This document shows, piece by piece, positions 8,740 to 18,443 of a stretch of 64,000 nucleotides of DNA. The stretch is taken from assembly GCA_002390705.1 (NCBI GenBank), contig DGQA01000005.1, positions 52,623-116,622 on the forward strand, written 5' to 3'. The stretch comes from Actinobacteria bacterium UBA4426 (lineage in GTDB: Bacteria > Actinomycetota > Actinomycetes > S36-B12). The position numbers were made by a program, and so were the translations under genes. Position 1 is the first letter of the stretch, and the number at the start of each line of letters is the position of its first letter. The notes under the pieces are model-generated. The model was given only the letters and a program-made list of their open reading frames with translations. It ran no database searches and had not been told where the DNA came from.

Positions 8740-10020
8740 TCAGCACGGCACCGCTCGCATTGCTGCGCCGTACCACCCCATGGGATCATACGGGGTTCCG
8801 TCGAGGCGGGTTTCAAAATGCAAATGAGGTCCGGTGGACCAGCCTGTTGAACCGACCTTGCCGACTTCTTGCCCGCGGTTGAGGCTCTGACCAACTTTTA
8901 CGCTGGTCGAAGATAGATGGGCGTAAAAAGTTGTTAAGCCACCACTATGAACAACGAGCACCGCATTGCCATAAGGCCCTCCGCGCGTAATTGTCGCCAC
9001 CGAACCTTGATCCGCAGCCTGCACCTTCGTACCGCTTGGCGCCCCAATATCAATTCCAGTGTGACAGGAATTGTGGCCGTAGATCGGGTGAATGCGCGGT
9101 CCCACACCCCCGCCTCGTGAACGACCCGGCAGCGGCCAGACGAGCGATCCACTCGGTGACTGGGCATTTTGCGGCGCCGTACCCTGGGCGGCAGCCTCCC
9201 TCGCGGCCGCGACGGCCTTCCGCGCAGCCAATTTGAGTTTGCGCTCTTCACGCTTAAGTCGCTCGTAACGATTCTTGATCTTCCCCTTGTACTTTTTTGC
9301 CGACTTAACAGCTTGGCGCTTGTCCTTACGCAGCTGCACCACGGCTCGTTGCTGTTTCTTAGCTGCTGTGAGTGCTACCCGAGATTTACGTAACTCGCGA
9401 TCCGCCTGTGCTTGTGCCGTCGTTGCCTTTTCCGAAAGTGCAGTGAGTTTGACTTCTTGCATTTCTGCGTCGGCACTTGACACCAAAATTACCCGCTCCA
9501 TGCTTTGCTGCTCGCGACTGACGTAATTGACAGCTACCATCCGGGCCGTAAAGTCAGCTGGATCTTGCGCAGACATCAAAATGGCAACCTCGTTGAGGGG
9601 TCCCTGTTGGTACACAGCTCGGGCAACATCTTCAATGTCTGCCCTTTGTGCATCCAATTTGCGCTCAAGTCTCGTGAGTGCTCGGGTGCCCAAAATCAGT
9701 GAACTCTTTGCGTATTCGGAGTCGACGCGCGCCGAATCTGCAACAGCAGAAGCTTCTTTCGATTCACGCAAGGCCGCTTTCTTGAGAATTTTGGCTTGCA
9801 CCAACGAACGCTGGGCCTTGGCTGCAGCATTGACTGCCTTTTGCAATTTGGTATTAGCTTTACCCAAAGCTTGGGTCGTCGACTTTAGACTTAATTGAAC
9901 CTGACTCTGCTCACTCTTAATTTCACCAAGGTCCGCGGCATGCGTGGGTGCAACAAGTCCCGCGCTCGCCATGAGGGCGCAGGCAAGTGAGACGGCAATA
10001 CCGGTGCGGGAGGGGACCAC
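8740..10020 (-). CDS. M23 family metallopeptidase with coiled-coil N-terminus (EnvC-like partner of FtsEX)
   Basis: It has a signal peptide and a long coiled coil. The C-terminus has HTGIDIGAP...GPHLHFE, the M23 zinc motifs. It lies directly downstream of ftsEX. Confidence 0.85.
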   Translation of the reverse strand: MVPSRTGIAVSLACALMASAGLVAPTHAADLGEIKSEQSQVQLSLKSTTQALGKANTKLQKAVNAAAKAQRSLVQAKILKKAALRESKEASAVADSARVDSEYAKSSLILGTRALTRLERKLDAQRADIEDVARAVYQQGPLNEVAILMSAQDPADFTARMVAVNYVSREQQSMERVILVSSADAEMQEVKLTALSEKATTAQAQADRELRKSRVALTAAKKQQRAVVQLRKDKRQAVKSAKKYKGKIKNRYERLKREERKLKLAARKAVAAAREAAAQGTAPQNAQSPSGSLVWPLPGRSRGGGVGPRIHPIYGHNSCHTGIDIGAPSGTKVQAADQGSVATITRGGPYGNAVLVVHSGGLTTFYAHLSSTSVKVGQSLNRGQEVGKVGSTGWSTGPHLHFETRLDGTPYDPMGWYGAAMRAVPC

Positions 10021-10079
10021 CTGTTCAGGGTAATCCCAGACGGTCGATTCACTCTGGTGCGGGCTGGCGTGTTGAGCGA

Positions 10080-10988
10080 TTAAACCCTCAAGTACTTCCT
10101 GAGAGTCAAGAAGGCGGCGATACCGGAAAGCCCGATGCCCACGAGGATCAAGATCGGGGCGATTCCTACCACGGCGTCCCAGCCAACGAATGATGTGAAT
10201 TGGAACGAAGGGGCAAGAACCTGGTCAATGATGACTGATTTGGCGAGCACCAGCCCACCCACAGCCAAGATCGCTCCGATCCCAGCGGAAACTGCAGCCT
10301 CCAGCAAGAACGGCAACTGAATATAGAGATTGCTCGCACCGACCAGTCGCATGATGCTAGTTTCGCGTCGCCTACTAAACGCGGCCACTCGCATAGTGTT
10401 GGCTACGAGCAGCACGGTCACAACCAACATAACAACGGCAATAATCAGCGCAATTGCTTGGAGTCCCCCTAAGAGTTGGAAGAATTTGTCAAGCACCTGC
10501 CTTTGATCGTTGACCTGCTCAATCCCTGGCCGACCCGAGAAAGCGGATGCAACCACGTCGTATTGCGTTGGGTCTGCAAGTTTCACCCGAAAAGATTCAG
10601 GTAACGCACTTTCATTGACGCTGTCAGCAATTGGTGAACTGGAAAATTGTTCTTGAAAGCGTACAAAGGCTTCCGCTTGGGATTCGTAATAAATATCCTG
10701 AACGAGCGGACGTAACGACTCAAGGTCAGCCTCGATTTGATCACGCTGCCCGGAGGTAACAGCACCTCCCGCGCACGAAGGAGTGTCGCTCCCTTTGGCA
10801 CACAAGAAAATAGAAACCTCAACCTTGTCGTACCAAAAATCCTTCATGGTGTCGACTTGGGCGCGCACTAGCAAGCTCACACCAAAAAGACTCAGCGACA
10901 CAGCAACGGTGATGATCACAGCCAGAGTCATGGTGAGATTGCGGCGAAGCCCATTGCCCACTTCGCTGGCGACAAATTCGGCGCGCAT
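10080..10988 (-). CDS. ftsX: Cell division permease-like protein FtsX
   Basis: 302 aa with four TM segments and a large extracellular loop. Its start overlaps the ftsE stop. Confidence 0.9.
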   Translation of the reverse strand: MRAEFVASEVGNGLRRNLTMTLAVIITVAVSLSLFGVSLLVRAQVDTMKDFWYDKVEVSIFLCAKGSDTPSCAGGAVTSGQRDQIEADLESLRPLVQDIYYESQAEAFVRFQEQFSSSPIADSVNESALPESFRVKLADPTQYDVVASAFSGRPGIEQVNDQRQVLDKFFQLLGGLQAIALIIAVVMLVVTVLLVANTMRVAAFSRRRETSIMRLVGASNLYIQLPFLLEAAVSAGIGAILAVGGLVLAKSVIIDQVLAPSFQFTSFVGWDAVVGIAPILILVGIGLSGIAAFLTLRKYLRV

Positions 10989-11677
10989 TATCGGACATAC
11001 CCATACACGCCGCGAGATTGATCTCGCACTACATGTCCGTTTTCAAGTTCAATAACTCGACGGCGCATCTGGTCAACTATTTGCGCATCATGGGTGGACA
11101 TGACCACCGTTGTTCCCATTCTGTTGATTCGATCGAGCAATTTCATAATGCCAACAGAGGTTCCAGGGTCAAGGTTTCCGGTTGGTTCGTCGGCGATCAG
11201 CATTTTGGGTCGGTTGACGAATGCGCGGGCAATGGCCACCCGCTGCTGCTCACCGCCGGAGAGTTCATCTGGGCGGCGATGCTCCTTGCCTTCGAGCCCT
11301 ACCACCTCAAGAACTTCAGGCACTACCTTCTTAATAAGGGCCTTAGGCTTACCAATCACTTCAAGGGCAAAAGCTACGTTTTCAAACACACTTTTATTCG
11401 GCAACAACCTAAAGTCCTGAAACACGGTGCCAATTTCACGACGCAAAGTTGGGATCTTCCAGTTAGAAAGCCGGCTAAGGTCTTTACCTAACACCCACAC
11501 ATTTCCCGAAGCTGGTCGCTCTTCGCGAAGCACTAGTCTCAAAAAGGTGGACTTACCCGAACCCGAAGGTCCAACAAGGAATACAAATTCGCCTTTTTCG
11601 ATCTCAAGGGACACGTCTTCGAGTGCGGGGTGGGTTTGACTCGCATAAAGCTTGGTCACGGTATCGAACAGGATCAC
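10988..11677 (-). CDS. ftsE: Cell division ATP-binding protein FtsE
   Basis: It has Walker [10 protein letters not shown], the ABC signature LSGGEQQR and Walker [12 protein letters not shown]. Length is 229 aa. Confidence 0.95.
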   Translation of the reverse strand: MILFDTVTKLYASQTHPALEDVSLEIEKGEFVFLVGPSGSGKSTFLRLVLREERPASGNVWVLGKDLSRLSNWKIPTLRREIGTVFQDFRLLPNKSVFENVAFALEVIGKPKALIKKVVPEVLEVVGLEGKEHRRPDELSGGEQQRVAIARAFVNRPKMLIADEPTGNLDPGTSVGIMKLLDRINRMGTTVVMSTHDAQIVDQMRRRVIELENGHVVRDQSRGVYGYVR

Positions 11678-11755
11678 TGCGCGGTACTCCGTTTCAGTCA
11701 GGAAGCAATCAGGTTAACGACTAGCAGTCTAAGCGGAAAGGGTCACAAATTTTGA

Positions 11756-12868
11756 TTACGGCGTGGCCGAATTGGTCTTTCTCCACCGAATTCCGGCTTG
11801 TACGAGTTCATCAATTTCCCCGTCGAGCACTGCCCCGGTATTGCCCGTTTCTTCATTGGTCCGCAAATCTTTCACCATTTGGTAGGGGTGCAGGACGTAC
11901 GAGCGCATCTGATTGCCCCATGAACCACCGGAGTCATCTTTAAGAGCGTTGAGCTTTGCGCGCTCGGCCTGGCGTTGGGTCTCCAATAATTTTGCTTGCA
12001 AGACCACCATCGCCGTGGCCCTGTTCTGCAGTTGGGATCTTTCATTTTGACAAGAAACCACGATGCCGGTCGGTATATGGGTCAGTCGCACAGCTGAGTC
12101 CGTTGTATTGACACCTTGACCGCCAGGGCCGCTCGAACGAAAGACATCTACCCGCAAATCATCTTCGGGGATGTCAACACTCTCGGACTGCTCCAAGACG
12201 GGAATCACCTCAACGTCCGCAAATGAGGTTTGACGCCGACTCTGGTTATCAAATGGCGAGATGCGCACTAAACGGTGTGTCCCTTGCTCAACCGAAAGAG
12301 TCCCGTAAGCGTAAGGCGCCTTGACGGCAAAGGTTGCAGACTTGATGCCAGCTTCCTCAGCATAAGAGGTGTCGTAAACCTCGTAACTCCAGCCGTGTCG
12401 TTCGCAGTAGCGCGTATACATGCGCAGCAGCATTTCGGCCCAGTCGGCAGCATCCACACCACCGGCGCCCGATCGGATGGTGATCAGGGCTTCGCGCTCG
12501 TCGTATTCTCCTGAGAGAAGTGTTCGGATCTCAAGTTCCCCCACAACTGCTTCAAGTGCCTTTAGTTCCTTCAACGCCTCGTCAAGCGAATCTTGGTCGC
12601 CGGCGTCCTCCGCCAACTCAAAAAGGACCGGCAGATCCGCGTCTCTCATCTGGACAGATTCGAATTTACGCAGGTCACCTTGAATCGTGGACAGTTTTGA
12701 AGTCACTTTCTGAGCGTTTGCTTGGTCATCCCACAAATTTGGGACGGACGCTTCTGCCTCAAGTGCCGAGATCGAATCCTTCATGCGAGGGATGTCAAGC
12801 ACAGTGCCGATACTGCTCACTTTGACCGCAAGTTCATTCAGTCGCTCTTGGATTTCGAGTGAGGGCAC
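11756..12868 (-). CDS. prfB: Peptide chain release factor 2
   Basis: It has the SPF motif (RISPFD) and GGQ (GPGGQGVN). The 370-aa frame is uninterrupted, so there is no programmed +1 frameshift. Confidence 0.95.
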   Translation of the reverse strand: MPSLEIQERLNELAVKVSSIGTVLDIPRMKDSISALEAEASVPNLWDDQANAQKVTSKLSTIQGDLRKFESVQMRDADLPVLFELAEDAGDQDSLDEALKELKALEAVVGELEIRTLLSGEYDEREALITIRSGAGGVDAADWAEMLLRMYTRYCERHGWSYEVYDTSYAEEAGIKSATFAVKAPYAYGTLSVEQGTHRLVRISPFDNQSRRQTSFADVEVIPVLEQSESVDIPEDDLRVDVFRSSGPGGQGVNTTDSAVRLTHIPTGIVVSCQNERSQLQNRATAMVVLQAKLLETQRQAERAKLNALKDDSGGSWGNQMRSYVLHPYQMVKDLRTNEETGNTGAVLDGEIDELVQAGIRWRKTNSATP

Positions 12869-12903
12869 ATACGAACTTTACGAGTCGACTATTGACGCAG
12901 TCG

Positions 12904-13320
12904 TTACGGGGCGTAATCCAACCTCGCCGAGGCGCTCACCTCAACGTGATCAAACGCTAACGCGTCAAAAAAGGTCAACCGCAATGGCGCGTTCAGGGTG
13001 ACGAGAACTGACTTACCGTTGGGTTCAACCCTAAGAGCGGTGAGTGTAATTTCTGAACCTTCAGTCATGACCTTTGCGTGCGTTCTAGCGATGTTTTCAA
13101 CTTGTGCTGAATTAAGCCTCGTAGATTGGGTAGCTCCGGTTCGGTAGTACTGCTCAAGGTCTATTCCTTGGGCTCCAGCAAGAGCAATTGAGTCGGCAAC
13201 TGATTGAAGCTCCCGTTGTTGTATGAAAGCACCGGCGCTATCGGTTATTACCGCGAGTGCCAGCAAACACACTCCAATCATGCCAATACCGAGAAGCATG
13301 ATGCTGCCTTCGTCTTTCAC
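12904..13320 (-). CDS. TadG/TadE-like pilus assembly (pseudopilin-like) protein
   Basis: 138 aa with an N-terminal hydrophobic segment after EGS. It is the last gene of the Tad cluster and overlaps the previous gene by 4 nt. Confidence 0.55.
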   Translation of the reverse strand: MKDEGSIMLLGIGMIGVCLLALAVITDSAGAFIQQRELQSVADSIALAGAQGIDLEQYYRTGATQSTRLNSAQVENIARTHAKVMTEGSEITLTALRVEPNGKSVLVTLNAPLRLTFFDALAFDHVEVSASARLDYAP

Positions 13321-13760
13321 GGCCCGCCCGCCTCGCGGTATTGATCAACCAAGAGCGAGGCTTGCGCAGTTACGGGCATAGTAATTACTTCCGAGGACCC
13401 CCAACGGGGCACAAATGGCAGTGGGACTTGGGCCGTGATTTCCATGGAGACTTTTCCACCCGGTGTGAGACAAGAAATGTGATCGCATGTTGTGAAAATT
13501 TCCGGTTCCGCATCTGCGAGGCCGTGGTCCGCAAACGCTTGTTCCACAGCAACGACTGCTCTCTGAGTTCCACTGGAATTGCTTGTGCTGGTAACAAAAG
13601 CTCGAACACTTTCGCGGGCTGCCTGGTGGGTAGCAAACTGCGCCGCATTGAGGGTCAAAACGGTTATTGCGATGTAGATTAGCGGAAGAATAATCGCGAC
13701 CCCAACAACAATAAACTCAATTGAAGCGCTCCCTTGATCGCTGTTACTCCGCCAGTGCAT
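13317..13760 (-). CDS. TadE-like protein
   Basis: It has the N-terminal motif QGSASIEFIVVGVAIILPL, matching the TadE-family xGxxxVEF plus TM pattern. Confidence 0.7.
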   Translation of the reverse strand: MHWRSNSDQGSASIEFIVVGVAIILPLIYIAITVLTLNAAQFATHQAARESVRAFVTSTSNSSGTQRAVVAVEQAFADHGLADAEPEIFTTCDHISCLTPGGKVSMEITAQVPLPFVPRWGSSEVITMPVTAQASLLVDQYREAGGP

Positions 13761-14145
13761 GACCGGTGAGTCTCATTGACGTTGGACCGTAAAAACCAAT
13801 CAAAGGTAATTCAGTCTCGACCACAACTGCGAACATTTTGTTCTCCCCTTCGGTGACCTGTGATGCACGAATGCTTTGCACGGCCGTTCCAGCAAAATTC
13901 CTCTCCAAGATGGACCTGGTGCGTGACTCTGCTCGAGTGAGATCCCCGTCCACCAAAGCAGCGACCCGCGCACCCTCAATTGCAGCGCCCGTGACCACAC
14001 TGCGCACATGGATAGCCAGCATCAACTGAAGTACCGCTAACGCAACAAGCATGAGTAGCGGGGCAACCAGTGCAAATTCAACGCTTGCGTTCCCGCTATC
14101 GCCCTGCAGTCGTGTCCTAACAAAGCTGCATTTATGCGGAGACAC
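13744..14145 (-). CDS. TadE-like protein
   Basis: It has a GTG start and the N-terminal motif DSGNASVEFALVAPLLMLV (TadE family). Confidence 0.7.
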   Translation of the reverse strand: MSPHKCSFVRTRLQGDSGNASVEFALVAPLLMLVALAVLQLMLAIHVRSVVTGAAIEGARVAALVDGDLTRAESRTRSILERNFAGTAVQSIRASQVTEGENKMFAVVVETELPLIGFYGPTSMRLTGHALAE

Positions 14146-14311
14146 TCGAGATCGCTCGATCCAGGATTCCGGTGAGTTGGTCGTCAGCGATGAGCCAGAT
14201 GGCCGTGACCAGTCCCGCCGTCATCACCGCAACAAGCACCCAGCCGGGGACATCGCCACGCTCATTAGCCAACTTGGTGAATAGCTTGCCTAACACTAGT
14301 TCGATATTCAT
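14132..14311 (-). CDS. Small pilin-position protein (Flp/DUF4244-like), not in the supplied ORF track
   Basis: My own translation is MNIELVLGKLFTKLANERGDVPGWVLVAVMTAGLVTAIWLIADDQLTGILDRAISSVSA (59 aa). GGAAAGG lies 6 nt upstream of the ATG. It has a single TM helix. It sits between tadC and the TadE genes, which is where Flp pilin genes are found. Confidence 0.6.
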   Translation of the reverse strand: MNIELVLGKLFTKLANERGDVPGWVLVAVMTAGLVTAIWLIADDQLTGILDRAISSVSA

Positions 14312-14347
14312 ATTTTACCTTTCCTTGATATATGTATTTTGTTGTTG

Positions 14348-15286
14348 TTAGGGGAGAAGAACTTCGAGACCACGCATTGCAGGAAATAACGCAATCACGA
14401 TTACGGTCGGCAGGATCAAGAACACGACCGGGACCAACATGACGACGTCTTTTTTCCCCGCGAGCTCAATTAACTGTTGCCTTTGCTCACTACGAGCGTC
14501 GGCTGCTTGAGCTCGTAGAACGCCGCTCAATGGGGTCCCCCGCTCAATCGCAATCACTAAGCCGGAAACAAAACGCTCCACTGAGCGAGAACCCGTACGT
14601 TCGGACATGGCAACTAGCGCATCGATAAATGCGGAGCCCGCCTTAACATCGGCAACGCAAGTTTCTAATTCATCTGCCAGGTCTCCATGGCCTAAATGTG
14701 CGATTCGAGTGAGTGCGGCAAGGGATGTCTCTCCAGCTGTAACCGAAAAAGCCAGCAGTTCTGCGAGATCAGGGAATTGCGAGTCAATTCGCTCAACCCG
14801 CTTTCTTCCCATTCCGGAAACATGTTTGTCGTGCAGAAGGAAACCAAGTACGATCCCCAGAGCCACCGTGAAGGCAAGTGCAATCGGATTCGAGCCACGC
14901 CTAATGGACCACATACCGATCACAATTCCTGCAACTAGTCCCAGTGCTGCCCACGTAATTTGCTCCCACCGATAGCGGCTCAAATCAGTTGTGCGATCCC
15001 CCGTAGTCTTGCCGGCCTTTTGCAATCTCTCAATCAATTTGTCGGCGCTGCCAAAACGAGTGATCCACCCAGAGTCAGGGCTGAGTAACTCTCGAAGTAC
15101 GGATAGAACCCCCACCTGGTTTTTGATTGGGATCAGCGCAGTTAGCTCCGGGATGCTGCCGTGAGATGCACGCATCACCCTCATTGAAATAGTGATCGGG
15201 GCCAAGGAACGGTACCGGGAAATTACGCTCAAGAAACCAGCGGCGGCAATGAGCCCGATGAGCGCCCCAACAATTGGTGCGTTCAT
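14348..15286 (-). CDS. tadC: Type II secretion system F family protein (TadC-like)
   Basis: 312-aa polytopic membrane protein with a T2SSF-type architecture. It is translationally coupled to tadB. Confidence 0.7.
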   Translation of the reverse strand: MNAPIVGALIGLIAAAGFLSVISRYRSLAPITISMRVMRASHGSIPELTALIPIKNQVGVLSVLRELLSPDSGWITRFGSADKLIERLQKAGKTTGDRTTDLSRYRWEQITWAALGLVAGIVIGMWSIRRGSNPIALAFTVALGIVLGFLLHDKHVSGMGRKRVERIDSQFPDLAELLAFSVTAGETSLAALTRIAHLGHGDLADELETCVADVKAGSAFIDALVAMSERTGSRSVERFVSGLVIAIERGTPLSGVLRAQAADARSEQRQQLIELAGKKDVVMLVPVVFLILPTVIVIALFPAMRGLEVLLP

Positions 15287-16143
15287 GCCGGCACCGCGCA
15301 GACAACCCGAGACTCGATGGGTAAAGCGCCAATGCGCAACATGAGTCGATAGGCGATGAATGAGATCCCTGCGGCACCCAGCAATACAACGGCTCCAAGT
15401 CCAGTTCGAAAGGCTGCAACCGCATCAGGTCTAGTGCACAACATGGCCAAAGTGAGCCACGGGGCTGCGATTGACATCCGGGCAGCAGAAATGGTCCAAC
15501 TTTGCCGAGCTTCAATGTCACCCCTGGTGAGCGCATCACTTCGTAGTAGGCCGCTCAGAGTTCGCAGCACGTGACCCAAATCTGTTCCCCCCACTTCATG
15601 TGCAATGCGCAATGCGGAAATTACTCGATCAGCAACCGGGTCGCTGAGACGTTCTTGTAACGCGTTCAGCGCCTGTGCAAATGACCCGGTTGACCGGTAA
15701 TAATCGGAGAAGTGAGCAAAGGCATAGCGCAACTGAGCGGGCCCATTTTTTGAAAGGTCAGCTACAGCTTCGGGGAGAGACATGCCGGCCCGCACGGAGG
15801 ATGCGAGCGAATCAACTGCGTCAGGCCAACTTGTGCGAAGGGCTTTTGACCGCAATCTGGCGCGACGTTTAACACTAAAAATTGGAATGAAGGCCGTGCC
15901 CACAGCGGCCATTAGAGCCACGATCGGGAGTGAAGTAATAATCAATGAGATGGATCCCGTGGCCAATCCAGCAATTGCCATGGTCGTGTACACCGTTCGA
16001 GCCGTCACATTGGCCAACCCAGCGGATTTCACCAGCGCTCCCACATAACTTTCTTTGGGAGCTCTCGCTGGTCGGTTACTGCTCAGCGCCAATACGATTA
16101 AAAGAGCGGCCACGCCAACACACAGGCCCACGACAGCACCCAT
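15283..16143 (-). CDS. tadB: Type II secretion system F family protein (TadB-like)
   Basis: 286-aa membrane protein located between tadA and tadC. Confidence 0.7.
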   Translation of the reverse strand: MGAVVGLCVGVAALLIVLALSSNRPARAPKESYVGALVKSAGLANVTARTVYTTMAIAGLATGSISLIITSLPIVALMAAVGTAFIPIFSVKRRARLRSKALRTSWPDAVDSLASSVRAGMSLPEAVADLSKNGPAQLRYAFAHFSDYYRSTGSFAQALNALQERLSDPVADRVISALRIAHEVGGTDLGHVLRTLSGLLRSDALTRGDIEARQSWTISAARMSIAAPWLTLAMLCTRPDAVAAFRTGLGAVVLLGAAGISFIAYRLMLRIGALPIESRVVCAVPA

Positions 16144-17366
16144 TAGGCCACTCCACGCAGTGGATTCTGCGCATGCAGAATGCTAGACAATTCAAAGCCA
16201 CGTGCTGCAAATCTTTCCGAGTGAGGTGGGTAACCACTCTTGCGGGTTAGCCCTGACCCGTCATCCGTGAAGATCGTGCTCATCTCGACAATATTGTTCT
16301 CAACGCGACCGGTCAGACCTGAAATTTCAGTGATCCTGCGCTGCCCACTTGGATCACTCGCCGCATGGATCACTAAATCCACCGCACCCGCCACCGTAGG
16401 AACAACGAAGTCACCGGGGATATTGACTCCCGCTAATAATGGGAGCGTGCACAGTTTGGTGACTGCTTCACGAGCGCTGTTTGCGTGCAATGTAGATAGA
16501 GACGGCATTCCAGAGTTCATGGCAATGAGCAAATCAAGGCATTCGCCCTGGCGCACCTCACCAACAATCAATCGAGTGGGGCGCATGCGCAGTGCTTCGC
16601 GCACCAGCCTGCGTAATGGGATCTCCCCTGTCCCCTCCAAACTAGCGTCCCGAGTCTGCATCGCAATCCAGTCAGGATGATCAATCCTGATTTCGAACAC
16701 TTCTTCGCAACTAATCACCCGCTCATGTTTAGGGACACAACCCAAGAGCGCATTAAGCAATGTAGTTTTGCCGGCCTGGGTTCCCCCCGCCACTACTGTG
16801 TTGAGTCCACATTGAACGGCGGCGTCTAGGAATATTGCCGCTTGCTGATTGAGTGTGCCCAATCCGACTAGGTCAAAAATTGATTTTGGCCGGACCACAA
16901 ACCGTCGAATATTTACCGACCAGTGTTTTTGAGTTACCTCTGGAATAACCACGTGGAGCCGGCTGCCGTCGGAAAGAACCGCGTCAACAAATGGTTGCGA
17001 AAGATCTAGCCGTCGACCCGAGGTGCGCAACATCCGTTCAACTAGATCACGCACCTGTTCAGGGGTAAGAACGATCCCGGTCAATTCACTTCTGCCGCCA
17101 CGGGCAATAAAGACTCGGTTAGGTTCATTTATCCAAATTTCCTCAACCGTTGAGTCATCGAAAAATTTTTGCAATGGGCCGTAGCCGGAAATCTGGTGAT
17201 GCACCTCAAGTACCAAAGCGGGTACGTTAATCAGCGATCCACCGGCGAATAGGTCCGATGCGCATTCTTGAATCAGGTGAAGTACCCGCGCACTATCCTG
17301 GACCGGATCAAGGTCAAGGGTCCTAATTTGTTCACGCACGCGCGATTCAACAAGCACTGCATCCAT
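16143..17366 (-). CDS. tadA: CpaF/TadA family secretion ATPase
   Basis: It has Walker A GGTQAGKTT, the Asp box and Walker B (LIVGEVRQGE), and a His box, consistent with the VirB11/CpaF family. Confidence 0.9.
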   Translation of the reverse strand: MDAVLVESRVREQIRTLDLDPVQDSARVLHLIQECASDLFAGGSLINVPALVLEVHHQISGYGPLQKFFDDSTVEEIWINEPNRVFIARGGRSELTGIVLTPEQVRDLVERMLRTSGRRLDLSQPFVDAVLSDGSRLHVVIPEVTQKHWSVNIRRFVVRPKSIFDLVGLGTLNQQAAIFLDAAVQCGLNTVVAGGTQAGKTTLLNALLGCVPKHERVISCEEVFEIRIDHPDWIAMQTRDASLEGTGEIPLRRLVREALRMRPTRLIVGEVRQGECLDLLIAMNSGMPSLSTLHANSAREAVTKLCTLPLLAGVNIPGDFVVPTVAGAVDLVIHAASDPSGQRRITEISGLTGRVENNIVEMSTIFTDDGSGLTRKSGYPPHSERFAARGFELSSILHAQNPLRGVA

Positions 17367-17478
17367 GTGATTCCCCTTTTATCTGCGCGCCGTATTTTGT
17401 GTGAGTTGCGCGCGTTCAGGGTAAGTCGAATCAGGACATTAAATACAGTGGCGATTTTCTCACTGTGGATAACTCCGT

Positions 17479-18393
17479 TCAGAACAAGAATTGGTCCCAG
17501 GCGGCTTTGACGAACTCGGGGTGTTCGGCTTGGGCCATGTGACCAGTGTCAGGCAATACAACGACGTGGGCATTGGGAAATCTTTTTGTTAACCTGTGCG
17601 CCATTTTTGCATTAACTAGTACGTCCTCTCGGCCATAAATTCCCAGGGTCGGCGCACTCACACGTTCCGCCAATTTCCACGGGCGATCTGCCCCCCTGAG
17701 ATCGGTATTTGTCTTGAACAGGCCGCGAAGGGAGCCAAGAAATGCTTCCGTGTTGTAAGTGAAGTGATCACGTTCCTCGGCTTCCTGAACAGCCTCAGCC
17801 ATTCGGATTTGAGAAAACTGATCGGGGTGTGCGGTACAGCCGTCAATAGTTGCTTGCACTCGATCCTGCGCAGAACTCTGAAAATACTTTGGGATCAATT
17901 TTTCACCAATACCTGGAATCGCAATTGCTGGTAAATGAACATTTCCCTTGGTTGCATAAAGGCTCGGCAATGCGGGCGAGATCAAAGTGAGCGAACGCAC
18001 CAGTTCAGGTTTACGTGCGGCAAGTTGCAAGGCAATGGCACCACCGAGTGAGTTACCAAAAAGATCAACTGGGCCGAGGCCTTTGGCCAAGATGAATTCG
18101 GCAACAGCTCGGGCATGACCCGACGGGGTGTAATCACCGTCTCGCGGAGGCGGCGAAATGCCAAACCCTGGAAGATCCACCGCGTAGCCCGTCAATTGGG
18201 TATCGAGGGTCAACATCAGGTCGGTCCAGTTGAGAGAGGACCCACCCAAACCGTGCAGAAAAACACCCACTCGGTCCGGTGACTTTGCCTCTACCGCAGT
18301 TGTTCGATAGGAAATCGTTCGCTTTGGGAGAAATTCAATACTTCGGTCGTAAGCCTGAGCGGCTTCAACTCGTGGGGCGATAGGGGAAAGCAC
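17479..18393 (-). CDS. Alpha/beta hydrolase fold protein
   Basis: It has the oxyanion motif HGLGGSS, the nucleophile elbow GNSLGG and a C-terminal GHMAQ motif. The start is uncertain. GTG 18393 was chosen to avoid overlapping the divergent TetR gene; the track ORF runs to 18489. Confidence 0.7.
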   Translation of the reverse strand: MLSPIAPRVEAAQAYDRSIEFLPKRTISYRTTAVEAKSPDRVGVFLHGLGGSSLNWTDLMLTLDTQLTGYAVDLPGFGISPPPRDGDYTPSGHARAVAEFILAKGLGPVDLFGNSLGGAIALQLAARKPELVRSLTLISPALPSLYATKGNVHLPAIAIPGIGEKLIPKYFQSSAQDRVQATIDGCTAHPDQFSQIRMAEAVQEAEERDHFTYNTEAFLGSLRGLFKTNTDLRGADRPWKLAERVSAPTLGIYGREDVLVNAKMAHRLTKRFPNAHVVVLPDTGHMAQAEHPEFVKAAWDQFLF

Positions 18394-18443
18394 TGTGGCA
18401 GCGTACGGGATAAATGTGCGCCACGGCAAAGTACACTTATGCA

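Noticed and set aside
11756-12868. Absence of the programmed +1 frameshift (CUU UGA C) in prfB.
   Set aside because: The 370-aa frame is uninterrupted from its ATG. Many Actinobacteria lack the RF2 frameshift, so this is expected rather than anomalous.
17445-17466. The hairpin ACAGTG-N10-CACTGT downstream of the alpha/beta hydrolase gene and upstream of tadA, considered as a terminator or operator.
   Set aside because: It has a 6-bp stem with a 10-nt loop and only a short AU-rich tail (AUUUAAU). It is plausible but not supportable without 3'-end data.
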